Below the pieces are notes generated by a model that was not told where the DNA came from, did no database searches, and saw nothing but the letters and a program-made list of their open reading frames with translations. A DNA stretch of 64,000 nucleotides from Candidatus Portnoybacteria bacterium RBG_19FT_COMBO_36_7. Lineage in GTDB: Bacteria > Patescibacteriota > Minisyncoccia > Portnoybacterales > GWB1-42-6. Shown piece after piece: positions 16,194 through 25,120 of the stretch (position 1 is its first letter; the number at the start of each line of letters is the position of its first letter). The translations under genes and the position numbers were made by a program. The stretch lies in contig MHMW01000028.1 in NCBI GenBank assembly GCA_001819495.1, forward strand, positions 5,398 through 69,397. Reading direction: 5' to 3'.

Positions 16194-17261
16194 ATGCCTC
16201 AATCAGAAAATAAAAAATGGCATTGGCAATTAAAAAACAGCATCAAAACGGGTGAACAATTGGCAAAATACATAAACCTAACAGATAAAGAGAAACGAGA
16301 CATAAAGAAAGTTACTGAAACTTATAAAATGTCCATCACCCCCTATTACGCTTCACTTATGGATAAAAACGATTCTAATTGCCCCTTACGAAGAATGGTT
16401 ATACCTAATATCGCCGAACTAGATAGTCCACCCGCAATACCCGACCCTAACAAAGAAAAGTCTTTTGAAAAGGCCACGGGCTTAAGACAAGAGTTTAAAG
16501 AAAAATGTACTATCCTGCTGACTTTAATGTGCCCCAATTATTGCAGGCACTGTTTTAGAAAATATTGGGTTGGAAGAGTGAATAGTGTTTTAACCAACCG
16601 ACAGATAGATGAAGTGGTGAAGAAGATTAACAGCAATAAAAACATAGAAGAGGTATGTATTTCTGGGGGAGATCCGCTTATTTTGTCTAATGATCGTATT
16701 GACTACGTTTTAACCAAGCTCAAAAAAATTAAGCATGTTGATGTTGTAAGATTATATACTAGAACTTTAGTATTTCTGCCACAAAGAATAACTGATAATT
16801 TAATAAAAGTCCTTAAGAAGTACCCAACACTCTATATCTGCACCCATTTTAATCATCCAAAAGAACTGACTAAAGAATCAATAGCCGCCTGCAGAAAAAT
16901 AGCAGATAATGGAATACCTATTTTTAATCAGTCAGTTTTATTAAAGGGGGTCAATGATAACTCCAAAACGATGAAAGATTTGCTTTGGGGCTTAGTAAAA
17001 AATAAAGTAAAACCTCTTTACCTTCAACATTGCATAAAAACTATGGGTAATGACTATTTAGTTACTAAAATAGATGTAGGACAAAAAATTATCAAAGATC
17101 TTTATTGCCATATGTCTGTATTGGGAATCCCTCTATATGATGTTATTTTATATTCAGGCAAGGTTTTAATGATGCCCGACTACGTAAAGAAAGATAAAAA
17201 TGGAAGGCGATTTTTTACTAATTTACTCGAGGAAAAATTTTACATTGATAAATTAGAATAA
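16194..17261 (+). CDS. KamA-family radical SAM aminomutase (lysine 2,3-aminomutase / EpmB-like). The ORF-track start at 16131 overlaps the upstream gene; ATGs at 16158 or 16194 are the plausible starts.
   Basis: CPNYCRHCFRK (KamA-type CX3CX2C with CRHCFR), WHWQL...ITPYYASLMD N-terminal KamA signature. Confidence 0.75.
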   Translation: MPQSENKKWHWQLKNSIKTGEQLAKYINLTDKEKRDIKKVTETYKMSITPYYASLMDKNDSNCPLRRMVIPNIAELDSPPAIPDPNKEKSFEKATGLRQEFKEKCTILLTLMCPNYCRHCFRKYWVGRVNSVLTNRQIDEVVKKINSNKNIEEVCISGGDPLILSNDRIDYVLTKLKKIKHVDVVRLYTRTLVFLPQRITDNLIKVLKKYPTLYICTHFNHPKELTKESIAACRKIADNGIPIFNQSVLLKGVNDNSKTMKDLLWGLVKNKVKPLYLQHCIKTMGNDYLVTKIDVGQKIIKDLYCHMSVLGIPLYDVILYSGKVLMMPDYVKKDKNGRRFFTNLLEEKFYIDKLE

Positions 17262-17269
17262 TAAATTCT

Positions 17270-18454
17270 ATGGAGAATTTTGAACATGTAAAAAAAGAAG
17301 GTAATTTGCCCGAGGAATTTGAACAAGGGGAAATTTTTAAGTATCAAGAATTTATTAAACAAACCTATATTGAAAGTTTTTCAGAAAAAAATTTTAGCGT
17401 CCATGAAAGCATAGATCTGGTAGCTGGCAAAACAGATTCCAGTATTTTATTTATCGGTTCAACAATAAGTGCATTAAAACCTTTATATATGAATAATGAA
17501 ATTCCGCCAAACGGGGTTGTAATCAATCAACCTTGTATTAGAACTCATAATTTAAAAAATATATATTCCGAACAGTCTAATAAAGGTAATACTTTTTTTA
17601 ATCTTATGGGCGGCATGTCAGAAGCAGATAGATTTTCAGATATCTACAAATTGTCTTTACAGTATTTTATTGAATCCTTAAATATTAATCGCGATCGTCT
17701 TTTTATTAGGGCTACTTCCGAAGATAAAGATATTTTGGAAAATTTAAAATCCGAAAAAGATCACCCAGAGTTAGAGTTGGATGGGAGACAACCGGATTAT
17801 TATAGATGGAGATATGGTATCAAGGGTGTCTCTGGCAGAGGAATTGCCCTTGCAATTCGTAATGCTGTTAATCAAAAAGAATCTATGACATTGGGTAATA
17901 TTATTATTATGGAAAGCGATGATCACCCCAAAACTGTTCAGTGGGGATACGGAGTTGAATCAATAATTAGCGGCATTTACAACAAAGATAGAGCTATTGA
18001 AGGATCTTTAATCAGCCAAGTGGTGCCATATGAAATTGGTCTAAAATCAAAATTCGCAGATGCATTGGCAGCAGTAATAGAAATGTACAATTCGGGATTG
18101 AAGCCAAACAACCGAGGAGCCGCCAGCTATTTGAAGGCTTATCTTAGAGGAATGTCCTATCTGATAAATAAATTAAATATTGAAAAAAATACACTAAAGG
18201 AGTACGTTTCGGAGTATTGTAAATTAAGAAACATCAATGATGCAGGCTTTATTTACGATGAAATAGTTAATGGCATAAACGACCACGATGATAGTGTTAA
18301 TAAAATGGTTCAAGCTTTGAAGGAAAAATATCTGTCTGAAACGAAAAAAATAACTAATTCAAAAAAGGCAGTTAATAAACTCAGCAATAAATATAGGATA
18401 CATCCTGAGGAAGTAGTAATTATTATAGATAATTTATTTGCAAAAAAAGATTAA
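17270..18454 (+). CDS. Stand-alone alanyl-tRNA-synthetase catalytic-domain-like protein, with no editing or C-terminal domains.
   Basis: QPCIRTHNL...NTFFNLMGGMSEADRFSDIYK aligns to the AlaRS motif QKCIRT.D...HHTFFEMLGN.SFGDYFK. Confidence 0.45.
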   Translation: MENFEHVKKEGNLPEEFEQGEIFKYQEFIKQTYIESFSEKNFSVHESIDLVAGKTDSSILFIGSTISALKPLYMNNEIPPNGVVINQPCIRTHNLKNIYSEQSNKGNTFFNLMGGMSEADRFSDIYKLSLQYFIESLNINRDRLFIRATSEDKDILENLKSEKDHPELELDGRQPDYYRWRYGIKGVSGRGIALAIRNAVNQKESMTLGNIIIMESDDHPKTVQWGYGVESIISGIYNKDRAIEGSLISQVVPYEIGLKSKFADALAAVIEMYNSGLKPNNRGAASYLKAYLRGMSYLINKLNIEKNTLKEYVSEYCKLRNINDAGFIYDEIVNGINDHDDSVNKMVQALKEKYLSETKKITNSKKAVNKLSNKYRIHPEEVVIIIDNLFAKKD

Positions 18455-18467
18455 TAATTTTTATGAT

Positions 18468-19232
18468 ATGAAAATAATAGTAGCAATCAGCGGGGGAGAA
18501 ATAGGTAGGCCTGGCTATCCTGTCGAGACAACAGAAATTGACAAAGAAATAATAAAATTAAGCGGGAAAAAGAGAGCTAATTTGCTTTTTATTCCCACAG
18601 CCAGTTCTGATGCAGAAGGATATGTAGAAACTGTAAAAAAACATTTTGGCGAAAGATTGGGTTGTAGGGTTGATGTACTGTATTTAATTAATTCAGGTAT
18701 AGTCAAAAAAGAAATTGGAAAAAAGATTTTTTCCTCAGATATTATTTATGTTGGTGGAGGGAATACATTAAAAATGCTCAAAGTCTGGAAAAAAAATGGT
18801 GTAGATAAAATTTTGAAAAGGGCCTGGAAACGAAAAATTGTTATATCTGGATTGAGCGCAGGGGCAGTTTGTTGGTTTAAATATTTTAACTCAGATTCAA
18901 AAAAGTTTATAAAAGGAAAGAATAATTATCAATTAATAAAATTAAAGGGATTAGGTTGGCTAAACGCATCTTTTTGTCCCCACTATGATACGGAAGAAAA
19001 AAGAAAACGCCATTTAAAAAAAATGATGTTAAAAACACCGGGAATCGCTTTGGCTGTTGATAATTGCTGTGCGGTAATAATAGAAAATGATAAATATCAA
19101 GTGATATCATCAAAAAGGACTGCGAATGCTTATAAAGTATTCTGGTTGAACAAAAAATTCTATCAAATAAAAATAAAAAAAGTGAAATTGTTTAAGCCAC
19201 TAGGTGAATTGCTTAAAAAAACAAATATTTAA
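18468..19232 (+). CDS. Peptidase S51 (PepE dipeptidase E / cyanophycinase family). The ORF-track start at 18438 is a TTG; I prefer the ATG at MKIIVAISGG.
   Basis: IPTASSD...IIYVGGGNTLKMLKVW...ISGLSAGAV, the S51 Ser nucleophile context. Confidence 0.65.
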   Translation: MKIIVAISGGEIGRPGYPVETTEIDKEIIKLSGKKRANLLFIPTASSDAEGYVETVKKHFGERLGCRVDVLYLINSGIVKKEIGKKIFSSDIIYVGGGNTLKMLKVWKKNGVDKILKRAWKRKIVISGLSAGAVCWFKYFNSDSKKFIKGKNNYQLIKLKGLGWLNASFCPHYDTEEKRKRHLKKMMLKTPGIALAVDNCCAVIIENDKYQVISSKRTANAYKVFWLNKKFYQIKIKKVKLFKPLGELLKKTNI

Positions 19233-19369
19233 GCATGTGCTTGATGAAAAACTTCAAAGGCAGGTGTGTTTTTGCAAAGCTCTACTACAATAGATACCAT
19301 CTCTTAATCACCTCTTTCCTGGCATCTTAAACTTACGAAATCCGAGATTTTTAAATTTTTTATAGCATT

Positions 19370-20194
19370 ATGAATAGACAATTGACAGAAAAAGATATTA
19401 TTGACATGAGCTACGTTGATTTTTTAGCTCTATTAAATGAAACTAACAGGCCGCCAGGCGGTAAAGATTCGGTTAGGAGAATTGCTATTAATTCATTTAT
19501 TGATTCGAACTCGCGCGTTCTTCATTCTGGGTGCAATACTGGTTACTGTAGTTTTGAAATAGTCCATTTAGTAAAGTGTAATGTTGTAGCTATTGATATT
19601 AATAAGAATATGGTATTAGCGGCTAAAAACAAGCTGAAGCTGGAACCTAATTTGTTTAAGAAAAAATTCTCATTCCAAGTTGGCGACGCTCATAAACTTA
19701 AGTTTAAAAGCGATAGCTTTGATCTTGTGTTTTCAGGTGGATCAACTGCGTTTATGTCTGACCCTTCACGCGTAGTTAGGGAATACAAAAAAGTCTGTAA
19801 ACCATATGGTTTTGTAGGTGATATGTGCCTATTTTATAAAAAATTACCGCCGACAAATCTGCTAAATAAAGTTAATAAATTACTGAATATCAAAATAAAG
19901 CATTGGGGAAAAGAGTATTGGCTTTCTTTGTACAATAACGAAGACCTGGAATTATACTATGATTATACAAATGACATGCCATATGATCCAACCAATAAAA
20001 AAATTAGAGAATACTCAAAAAAAATGGTTGAATTATCACTAGATAATTATCCAAACAATGTAAAAAGGGTTGCTGTGGAAAAATTATTTGAATATATGAC
20101 ATTATTTAATAAAAATAATAAGTATTTAAGTTACTGCGTGTTGTTATTCAGAAAAGATATTTCAAGAAAACAAATTTCATTATTTGGAAAATAA
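19370..20194 (+). CDS. Class I SAM-dependent methyltransferase.
   Basis: Motif I VLHSGCNTGYCSFEI and motif post-I VAIDIN. Confidence 0.65.
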   Translation: MNRQLTEKDIIDMSYVDFLALLNETNRPPGGKDSVRRIAINSFIDSNSRVLHSGCNTGYCSFEIVHLVKCNVVAIDINKNMVLAAKNKLKLEPNLFKKKFSFQVGDAHKLKFKSDSFDLVFSGGSTAFMSDPSRVVREYKKVCKPYGFVGDMCLFYKKLPPTNLLNKVNKLLNIKIKHWGKEYWLSLYNNEDLELYYDYTNDMPYDPTNKKIREYSKKMVELSLDNYPNNVKRVAVEKLFEYMTLFNKNNKYLSYCVLLFRKDISRKQISLFGK

Positions 20195-20407
20195 TTTAGT
20201 TTATAATGAATCATTAAAAAATCCAAAAAATTAAAACTGGGTGATGAATAATTAAAGAAAAGAGCAAAAGCAGTTTTGACCTAACACTGAAATAGCCTCT
20301 AAAAGGGGCTTTTTCTTTTTAGTTAAAGTTTGGTATAATATAATCAAATTCCCATTTTAGGGCTATATTAATTATGCTAACGACCGAATTTTGGAGGGGA
20401 TATCCAA

Positions 20408-20446
20408 TATGGACTTTGCTTTTTTAATTCATTCAAGAGATTTAAA
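20408..20446 (+). repeat. Copy of the conserved 'mini-gene' 5' end (ATGGACTTTGCTTTTTTAATTCATTCAAGAGA = MDFAFLIHSRD...) directly upstream of the sensor gene; the GGAGGGGA RBS precedes this ATG.
   Basis: The same 30 nt occur at 3916, 8440 and (partially) 6257. Here the frame stops after 15 codons and the annotated gene starts 1 frame off at 20447. Confidence 0.5.
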
Positions 20447-21598
20447 ATGCCCCTAATCAATATCAAATCTCTCATCTTGCTGATCGTCGCGCTGCTCAAT
20501 CTGTCGCTGGGCATTTTGGTGTTCTTCAAAAACAAAAAGGATAAAATAAACATCTATTACGCTTTCACTGCCTGGAGCACTGCTGGCTGGGCATTCGGTT
20601 TGGCTATGTTCTATATGATAAGCGATCTGAATATTGCCCTGCTCTGGTATGAATTAGTCGCTTATGTCTCTGCCGCTTTAATTGGCGCCAGCTTCCTTTC
20701 CTTCTCTTTTGTTTTCCCTTTTGTTAAAGAAAAGCCAAAAACAATCTTTAAAATTATATTTTTCATATTCACTGCTTTTATTCTGGTTATCACCGTCTGG
20801 CCAAAATTAATGATACCCAGAATTGTTGAAAACTCTTGGGGCAGAGGAGGAGAACTAACGGTTTATTACAATTTCTATGTTGTCTATTTCACCATGTGCA
20901 TGATCGGCGCATTCGGCAATTTCATCCAGAAATACAAAAGTGCTGACGAGTCGCAAAAAATCCAAATAAAATATGTCTTTGCCGGAACTCTGACTGCCGC
21001 AATCTGGGGCACATTATGTAATCTTTTCTTGCCCTGGTTCAAAATATATGCGCTAATGTGGGCTGGTCCATATCTTACAGTTGCTATGGTTGGACTAATC
21101 GCTTATGCTGTTCTTAAGCACCATCTGATGAACATCAAAGTCATCGCCACTGACTTTGCCGTTGGGGTAATGGGAGCAATATTATTGATATTGCCTTTTT
21201 TTATGCCAAATAACCTGCTAAGATTCCTAACTGGAGCAATTTTTATTCTATTCTGTTTTTTTGGCTACTATTTGATAAAAACCACTTATGAGCAAGCCCG
21301 GCGCAAAGAAGAAGCCCAAAAAATCGCTATTCAGGAAAGGTTTTCGAAAGAAGAGGCGATCTGGAGCGCCCGGCAACTCCAAAGATTCAATGAAACATTA
21401 GAACAAAGCGTTAAACTGAGGACAAAAGAACTAGAACAAGCAAAAAATATTGCAGAGCAAAAGGCCAAAGAAGCAGAAAGCAAAAGAGAAGAGCTCGAAA
21501 AATTCTATGAAGTCACTGTAGGCCGGGAACTAAAAATGGCGGAGTTAAAGAAAAAGATTAAAGAAATGGAGGAAAAATCAGAGGAAGAAAATAAATAA
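20447..21598 (+). CDS. HisKA_7TM-type membrane sensor protein without a kinase domain. It has an N-terminal 7-TM domain, a coiled coil, and a C-terminal GRELKMAELKKKIKEMEE tail.
   Basis: The TM domain is paralogous to 22252-23862 (FAGTLTAAIWGTLCNLFLPWF...GLIAYAVLKHHLMNIKVIATDFA vs LIGTLATATIGIFFNLLLPIF...GFIAYAVIRHHLFDIKVIATEIF). The C-terminal LRTKELEQAK linker is followed by the RELKM motif. Confidence 0.6.
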   Translation: MPLINIKSLILLIVALLNLSLGILVFFKNKKDKINIYYAFTAWSTAGWAFGLAMFYMISDLNIALLWYELVAYVSAALIGASFLSFSFVFPFVKEKPKTIFKIIFFIFTAFILVITVWPKLMIPRIVENSWGRGGELTVYYNFYVVYFTMCMIGAFGNFIQKYKSADESQKIQIKYVFAGTLTAAIWGTLCNLFLPWFKIYALMWAGPYLTVAMVGLIAYAVLKHHLMNIKVIATDFAVGVMGAILLILPFFMPNNLLRFLTGAIFILFCFFGYYLIKTTYEQARRKEEAQKIAIQERFSKEEAIWSARQLQRFNETLEQSVKLRTKELEQAKNIAEQKAKEAESKREELEKFYEVTVGRELKMAELKKKIKEMEEKSEEENK

Positions 21599-21607
21599 TA
21601 TATTTAA

Positions 21608-22234
21608 ATGAAAGACAAACATAAAATCTCTTTTTTCTTTTTCTTAAAAGCTTGTTTTAAATTTAGAGCTAGACAAATATCTAGTCCCGAAGAATTGTCA
21701 GCAGCATACAAATTAAGAAAGGTAATTTATTCTGACCTCCTGAAATGGGTATCATGTAACGAAGAACAAGAAACGGATGAATACGATAAATATGCAACTC
21801 ATTTCGGGGTATTTAATAAACATGACGTTGTGGCTTATTGCAGATTAATAATAGCAGTTAATCCCACAATGTTAGAAAATAATTTTAAAATGATTTTAGG
21901 GAAAGAGAAAATACGGAAAGAAAAAGATACTGCTGAAATTTCCCGCCTAACTCTAGACAGAAAGTTTATAGGTAATCGACGCGGAAAAATAATTCAAGCT
22001 CTTCTTTATAGAAAAATTTTTCACTGGTCAAGGCAAAATGGAATTAAATTTTGGTATATAGTAGTCAGAGAAGGATTTTTCAACAATCTAAAAGCTAATT
22101 TTGACTGCCAACAAATAGGAAAAACCTATTATTTCAAAGAAAATGACTCCGCTATTGCGGCAATAATTGATTTACAAAAATCTCTAGAATTTGTTCGACG
22201 AACCAATAAATTTCTATATTGGTGGTATAAATAG
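21608..22234 (+). CDS. LuxI-family autoinducer-synthase-fold protein (acyl-homoserine-lactone synthase-like / N-acyl amino acid synthase-like GNAT).
   Basis: Aligns to the conserved LuxI/LasI blocks LR..VF......W...E.D.YD, CRL...T.P.ML.N.F and E.SRF: LRKVIYSDLLKWVSCNEEQETDEYD, VVAYCRLIIAVNPTMLENNF, TAEISRLTLD. Confidence 0.55.
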   Translation: MKDKHKISFFFFLKACFKFRARQISSPEELSAAYKLRKVIYSDLLKWVSCNEEQETDEYDKYATHFGVFNKHDVVAYCRLIIAVNPTMLENNFKMILGKEKIRKEKDTAEISRLTLDRKFIGNRRGKIIQALLYRKIFHWSRQNGIKFWYIVVREGFFNNLKANFDCQQIGKTYYFKENDSAIAAIIDLQKSLEFVRRTNKFLYWWYK

Positions 22235-22251
22235 CACTTTTAAGCTTAACT

Positions 22252-23862
22252 ATGTCAAGTATATTAACGCCCAATATAGTTTCTTTATTGATAACCACTG
22301 CCTTTAATGTGCTCTTGGCATTTTTTATTTTGTCAAAAAACAGAAAAAGTCCAGTTAACCGAATATTCAGTTTCTTGGCTTTAGGTGTAGCTCTTTGGTC
22401 TTTCACAAATATAGCTACTCAGATCGTAAAAACTGTCCATCAAGGCATTCTTTGGTCACAAATAAGTTATTTAAGTACCCTTATAATTGCGGTCTCTTTC
22501 TTTTTGTTCTCTATTATTTTTCCGGAAGAAGAAAAAATGAGCAAAAGCAGATTTTTTATTCCTGTAATTATTGCCGCGATAGTCACTTCCGTATTATTAT
22601 TCATCCCTAAATTTGTTATTGAAACCGTGACACTTTCTCCTTGGAAAATCATGACTAATCGAGGCGCCTATCTTTATACGGCATCGTTTGTAGGAATGCT
22701 GCTTTTTTCTTTCGGAAATATTTTAAGAAAATATCGCCAACTCAAAGGAGAACAAAAAGCCCAAATAAAATTCGTATTGATTGGCACACTCGCGACAGCA
22801 ACAATTGGGATATTTTTTAATTTATTACTACCGATATTTTTTAATTACTATGGCCTTGTCTGGTTTGGTCCAAACGCCGGCCTAGTCATGGTCGGCTTTA
22901 TAGCTTACGCGGTAATAAGGCATCACCTGTTTGATATTAAAGTAATCGCGACTGAAATTTTCAGTATTTTAATTTCGCTTTCTGCCTTAATTGATGCCCT
23001 ACTTTCGCAGACACCAACAGAATTTACATTAAAATTTCTACTTTTTTCGGCAATTTCTTTGTTCAGTATTCTATTGATTCGGGGAGTCTTAAAAGAAGTG
23101 AAAACTAGAGAACAACTTGCGGCACTAACAGAAAAATTACAAAAAGCAAATGATGATCTGCAAAAATTGGATAAGGCCAAAAGCGAGTTTATATCCATTG
23201 CTTCCCATCAGCTCCGCACTCCTTTATCCGTGATAAAAGGTTTTGTTTCCATGCTGATTGAGGGCTCCTATGGCAAGATTCCCGATAAAGGCAAAGAAAT
23301 TCTGTCCAAAATAGGGGCCAGCTCCGACCGCTTAAACAGACTTATTGACGACCTGCTTGACTTATCGCGCATGGAGGGCGGCCAGATGAAATACGAATGG
23401 AATTTTATCAATCTGGCCGAATTGGCTGGCAGCGTGGTTGATGAGCTCCAGCCCCAGGCCGACAAAAAAGGCATTAATTTCAAATGGCTCAATCAGGCGC
23501 CAGAAAAAATGTTCGTCAGAGCCGACAAGGAAAAATTAAGGCAGGTTGTCATGAACCTGATTGACAATGCCATCAAATACACATCCAAGGGATTTGTTGA
23601 AGTAAAACTGGTCAAGACGCCCGAAAATCAGGCAAGATTATCGGTTAAGGATTCGGGAGTGGGCATGGACCAGGAAGAAATGAATCTGATTTTCGGCAAA
23701 TTCGTGCGCGGCAAAAAAACGCCTCGGCTCTGGACCGAGGGAGTGGGTTTGGGGCTCTATGTGGCGCGCAAAATTTTAGAAGAGCACAAAGGCAGCGTCT
23801 GGGCAGAGAGCGAAGGAGAAGACAAAGGCAGCACGTTCTTTATGGAAATACCGGTTTACTAA
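22252..23862 (+). CDS. Sensor histidine kinase (HisKA_7TM N-terminal membrane domain plus HisKA plus HATPase_c).
   Basis: H-box ISIASHQLRTPLSVIKGF, N-box VMNLIDNAIKYT, G-boxes DSGVGM and GVGLGLYVARKI. The N-terminal 7-TM domain is paralogous to 20447. Confidence 0.85.
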   Translation: MSSILTPNIVSLLITTAFNVLLAFFILSKNRKSPVNRIFSFLALGVALWSFTNIATQIVKTVHQGILWSQISYLSTLIIAVSFFLFSIIFPEEEKMSKSRFFIPVIIAAIVTSVLLFIPKFVIETVTLSPWKIMTNRGAYLYTASFVGMLLFSFGNILRKYRQLKGEQKAQIKFVLIGTLATATIGIFFNLLLPIFFNYYGLVWFGPNAGLVMVGFIAYAVIRHHLFDIKVIATEIFSILISLSALIDALLSQTPTEFTLKFLLFSAISLFSILLIRGVLKEVKTREQLAALTEKLQKANDDLQKLDKAKSEFISIASHQLRTPLSVIKGFVSMLIEGSYGKIPDKGKEILSKIGASSDRLNRLIDDLLDLSRMEGGQMKYEWNFINLAELAGSVVDELQPQADKKGINFKWLNQAPEKMFVRADKEKLRQVVMNLIDNAIKYTSKGFVEVKLVKTPENQARLSVKDSGVGMDQEEMNLIFGKFVRGKKTPRLWTEGVGLGLYVARKILEEHKGSVWAESEGEDKGSTFFMEIPVY

Positions 23863-23867
23863 TTTTC

Positions 23868-24653
23868 ATGAAATACTTTGAAATTGTAAAATTAAAAGAA
23901 ACTCCGATAATCTGTAATATTCCGCACAGTTCGATTGAAATCCCGCCAGAGTTCAAAAAAGATTTTTCTTTGTCCCAACGGGAATTAAAATTGGAAATAA
24001 AAAGATTAGCTGATCTATATATTGATTCATTTTTTTCAAATTTATTGAATGATCATGGTGGTATAATTTCCAAGGTCAGCCGCATTGTTGTTGATACAGA
24101 AAGATTTTCCGACGACGAAAAAGAGCCGATGTCAAAAGTCGGCATGGGCGCGATATACATAAAGAATGAAGCAGGGGAAACAATTAGGGAAATAGATGAA
24201 GCACGAAAACAAAAACTTCTAACACAAATTTATCAACCATACCATCAGGCGCTAACTAAACTGACAAACGATTGTCTATTGCAATTCAATAAATGCCTGA
24301 TCCTGGATTGTCATAGTTTTCCCTCTGAACCGCGGTCTTATGAATCAGATCGAAATAAAGACAGGCCGGATATCTGCCTGGGCACGGACGAATTCCATAC
24401 GTCGGAAGAATTAAAAAATATTTTCTTTGAGAATTTTAAGTTGGCGGACTTTTCCATCAAAATTAACAGCCCATTTGTTGAAACAATGGTTCCTGAGAAA
24501 TTTTATCAGAAAAATAAAAATGTTTCTTCGATTATGATAGAAATTAACCGCAAACTTTATATGGACGAAAGTACCTTTACTAAAAATAATGTCTTCGATG
24601 AAGTTTCAGACAAGATTTGTATGATTATTAAAGAATCGGTGGAATCTTTTTAA
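23868..24653 (+). CDS. N-formylglutamate amidohydrolase-family (FGase) zinc hydrolase-like protein.
   Basis: NIPHSS...LILDCHSF motif typical of the FGase family. Confidence 0.45.
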   Translation: MKYFEIVKLKETPIICNIPHSSIEIPPEFKKDFSLSQRELKLEIKRLADLYIDSFFSNLLNDHGGIISKVSRIVVDTERFSDDEKEPMSKVGMGAIYIKNEAGETIREIDEARKQKLLTQIYQPYHQALTKLTNDCLLQFNKCLILDCHSFPSEPRSYESDRNKDRPDICLGTDEFHTSEELKNIFFENFKLADFSIKINSPFVETMVPEKFYQKNKNVSSIMIEINRKLYMDESTFTKNNVFDEVSDKICMIIKESVESF

Positions 24654-24656
24654 TAT

Positions 24657-25115
24657 ATGAGAATGAATAAACCAGATCAGACACTAGCAGAAGATTTAAA
24701 ACTCCGAGAAATTCCTGCAGAAGAATTTATAATTCAAAGAGATAAACTTCCTCCGAGCTTGCGTGCATTTTTGGACCCGCATACGAAAGAAAAATATGAA
24801 GAAATGAAAGCGGCTCTTTTTCTATCAGAAGATAATAACAGCGGCTTTGGTTTAAGGCCCGATGGCGGTCTTATATCTGTCTTTTCTTTAGAAAAAGAAA
24901 AAGGACCAAAATTAGTACAAGAAGCGTTATCCCGCGGTGCCAAATATTTAAGCTGCTGCGGGGAGAAACTAAAAGAATTATATGAGGAAGCGGGATTTGT
25001 GATAACTAAACATAAAGATTGGGACCAGGAGTTCGCCCCACCAGACTGGGATTATGAACGATTCGGCACGCCGAACTATTATGAAATGAAATTAAAAAAA
25101 CCGGAAACTAGTTAA
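24657..25115 (+). CDS. Hypothetical protein.
   Basis: 152-aa ORF packed between neighbours. No recognisable motif. Confidence 0.4.
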   Translation: MRMNKPDQTLAEDLKLREIPAEEFIIQRDKLPPSLRAFLDPHTKEKYEEMKAALFLSEDNNSGFGLRPDGGLISVFSLEKEKGPKLVQEALSRGAKYLSCCGEKLKELYEEAGFVITKHKDWDQEFAPPDWDYERFGTPNYYEMKLKKPETS

Positions 25116-25120
25116 ATTTT

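Noticed and set aside
15053-17261. Calling the aaRS-paralog/KamA pair outright as epmA/epmB.
   Set aside because: The motif 2/3 of the paralog look AsnRS/AspRS-like rather than LysRS-like. No efp is in the window, and the downstream AlaRS-core, S51 peptidase and methyltransferase genes do not belong to the EF-P pathway. I kept it as one hypothesis only.
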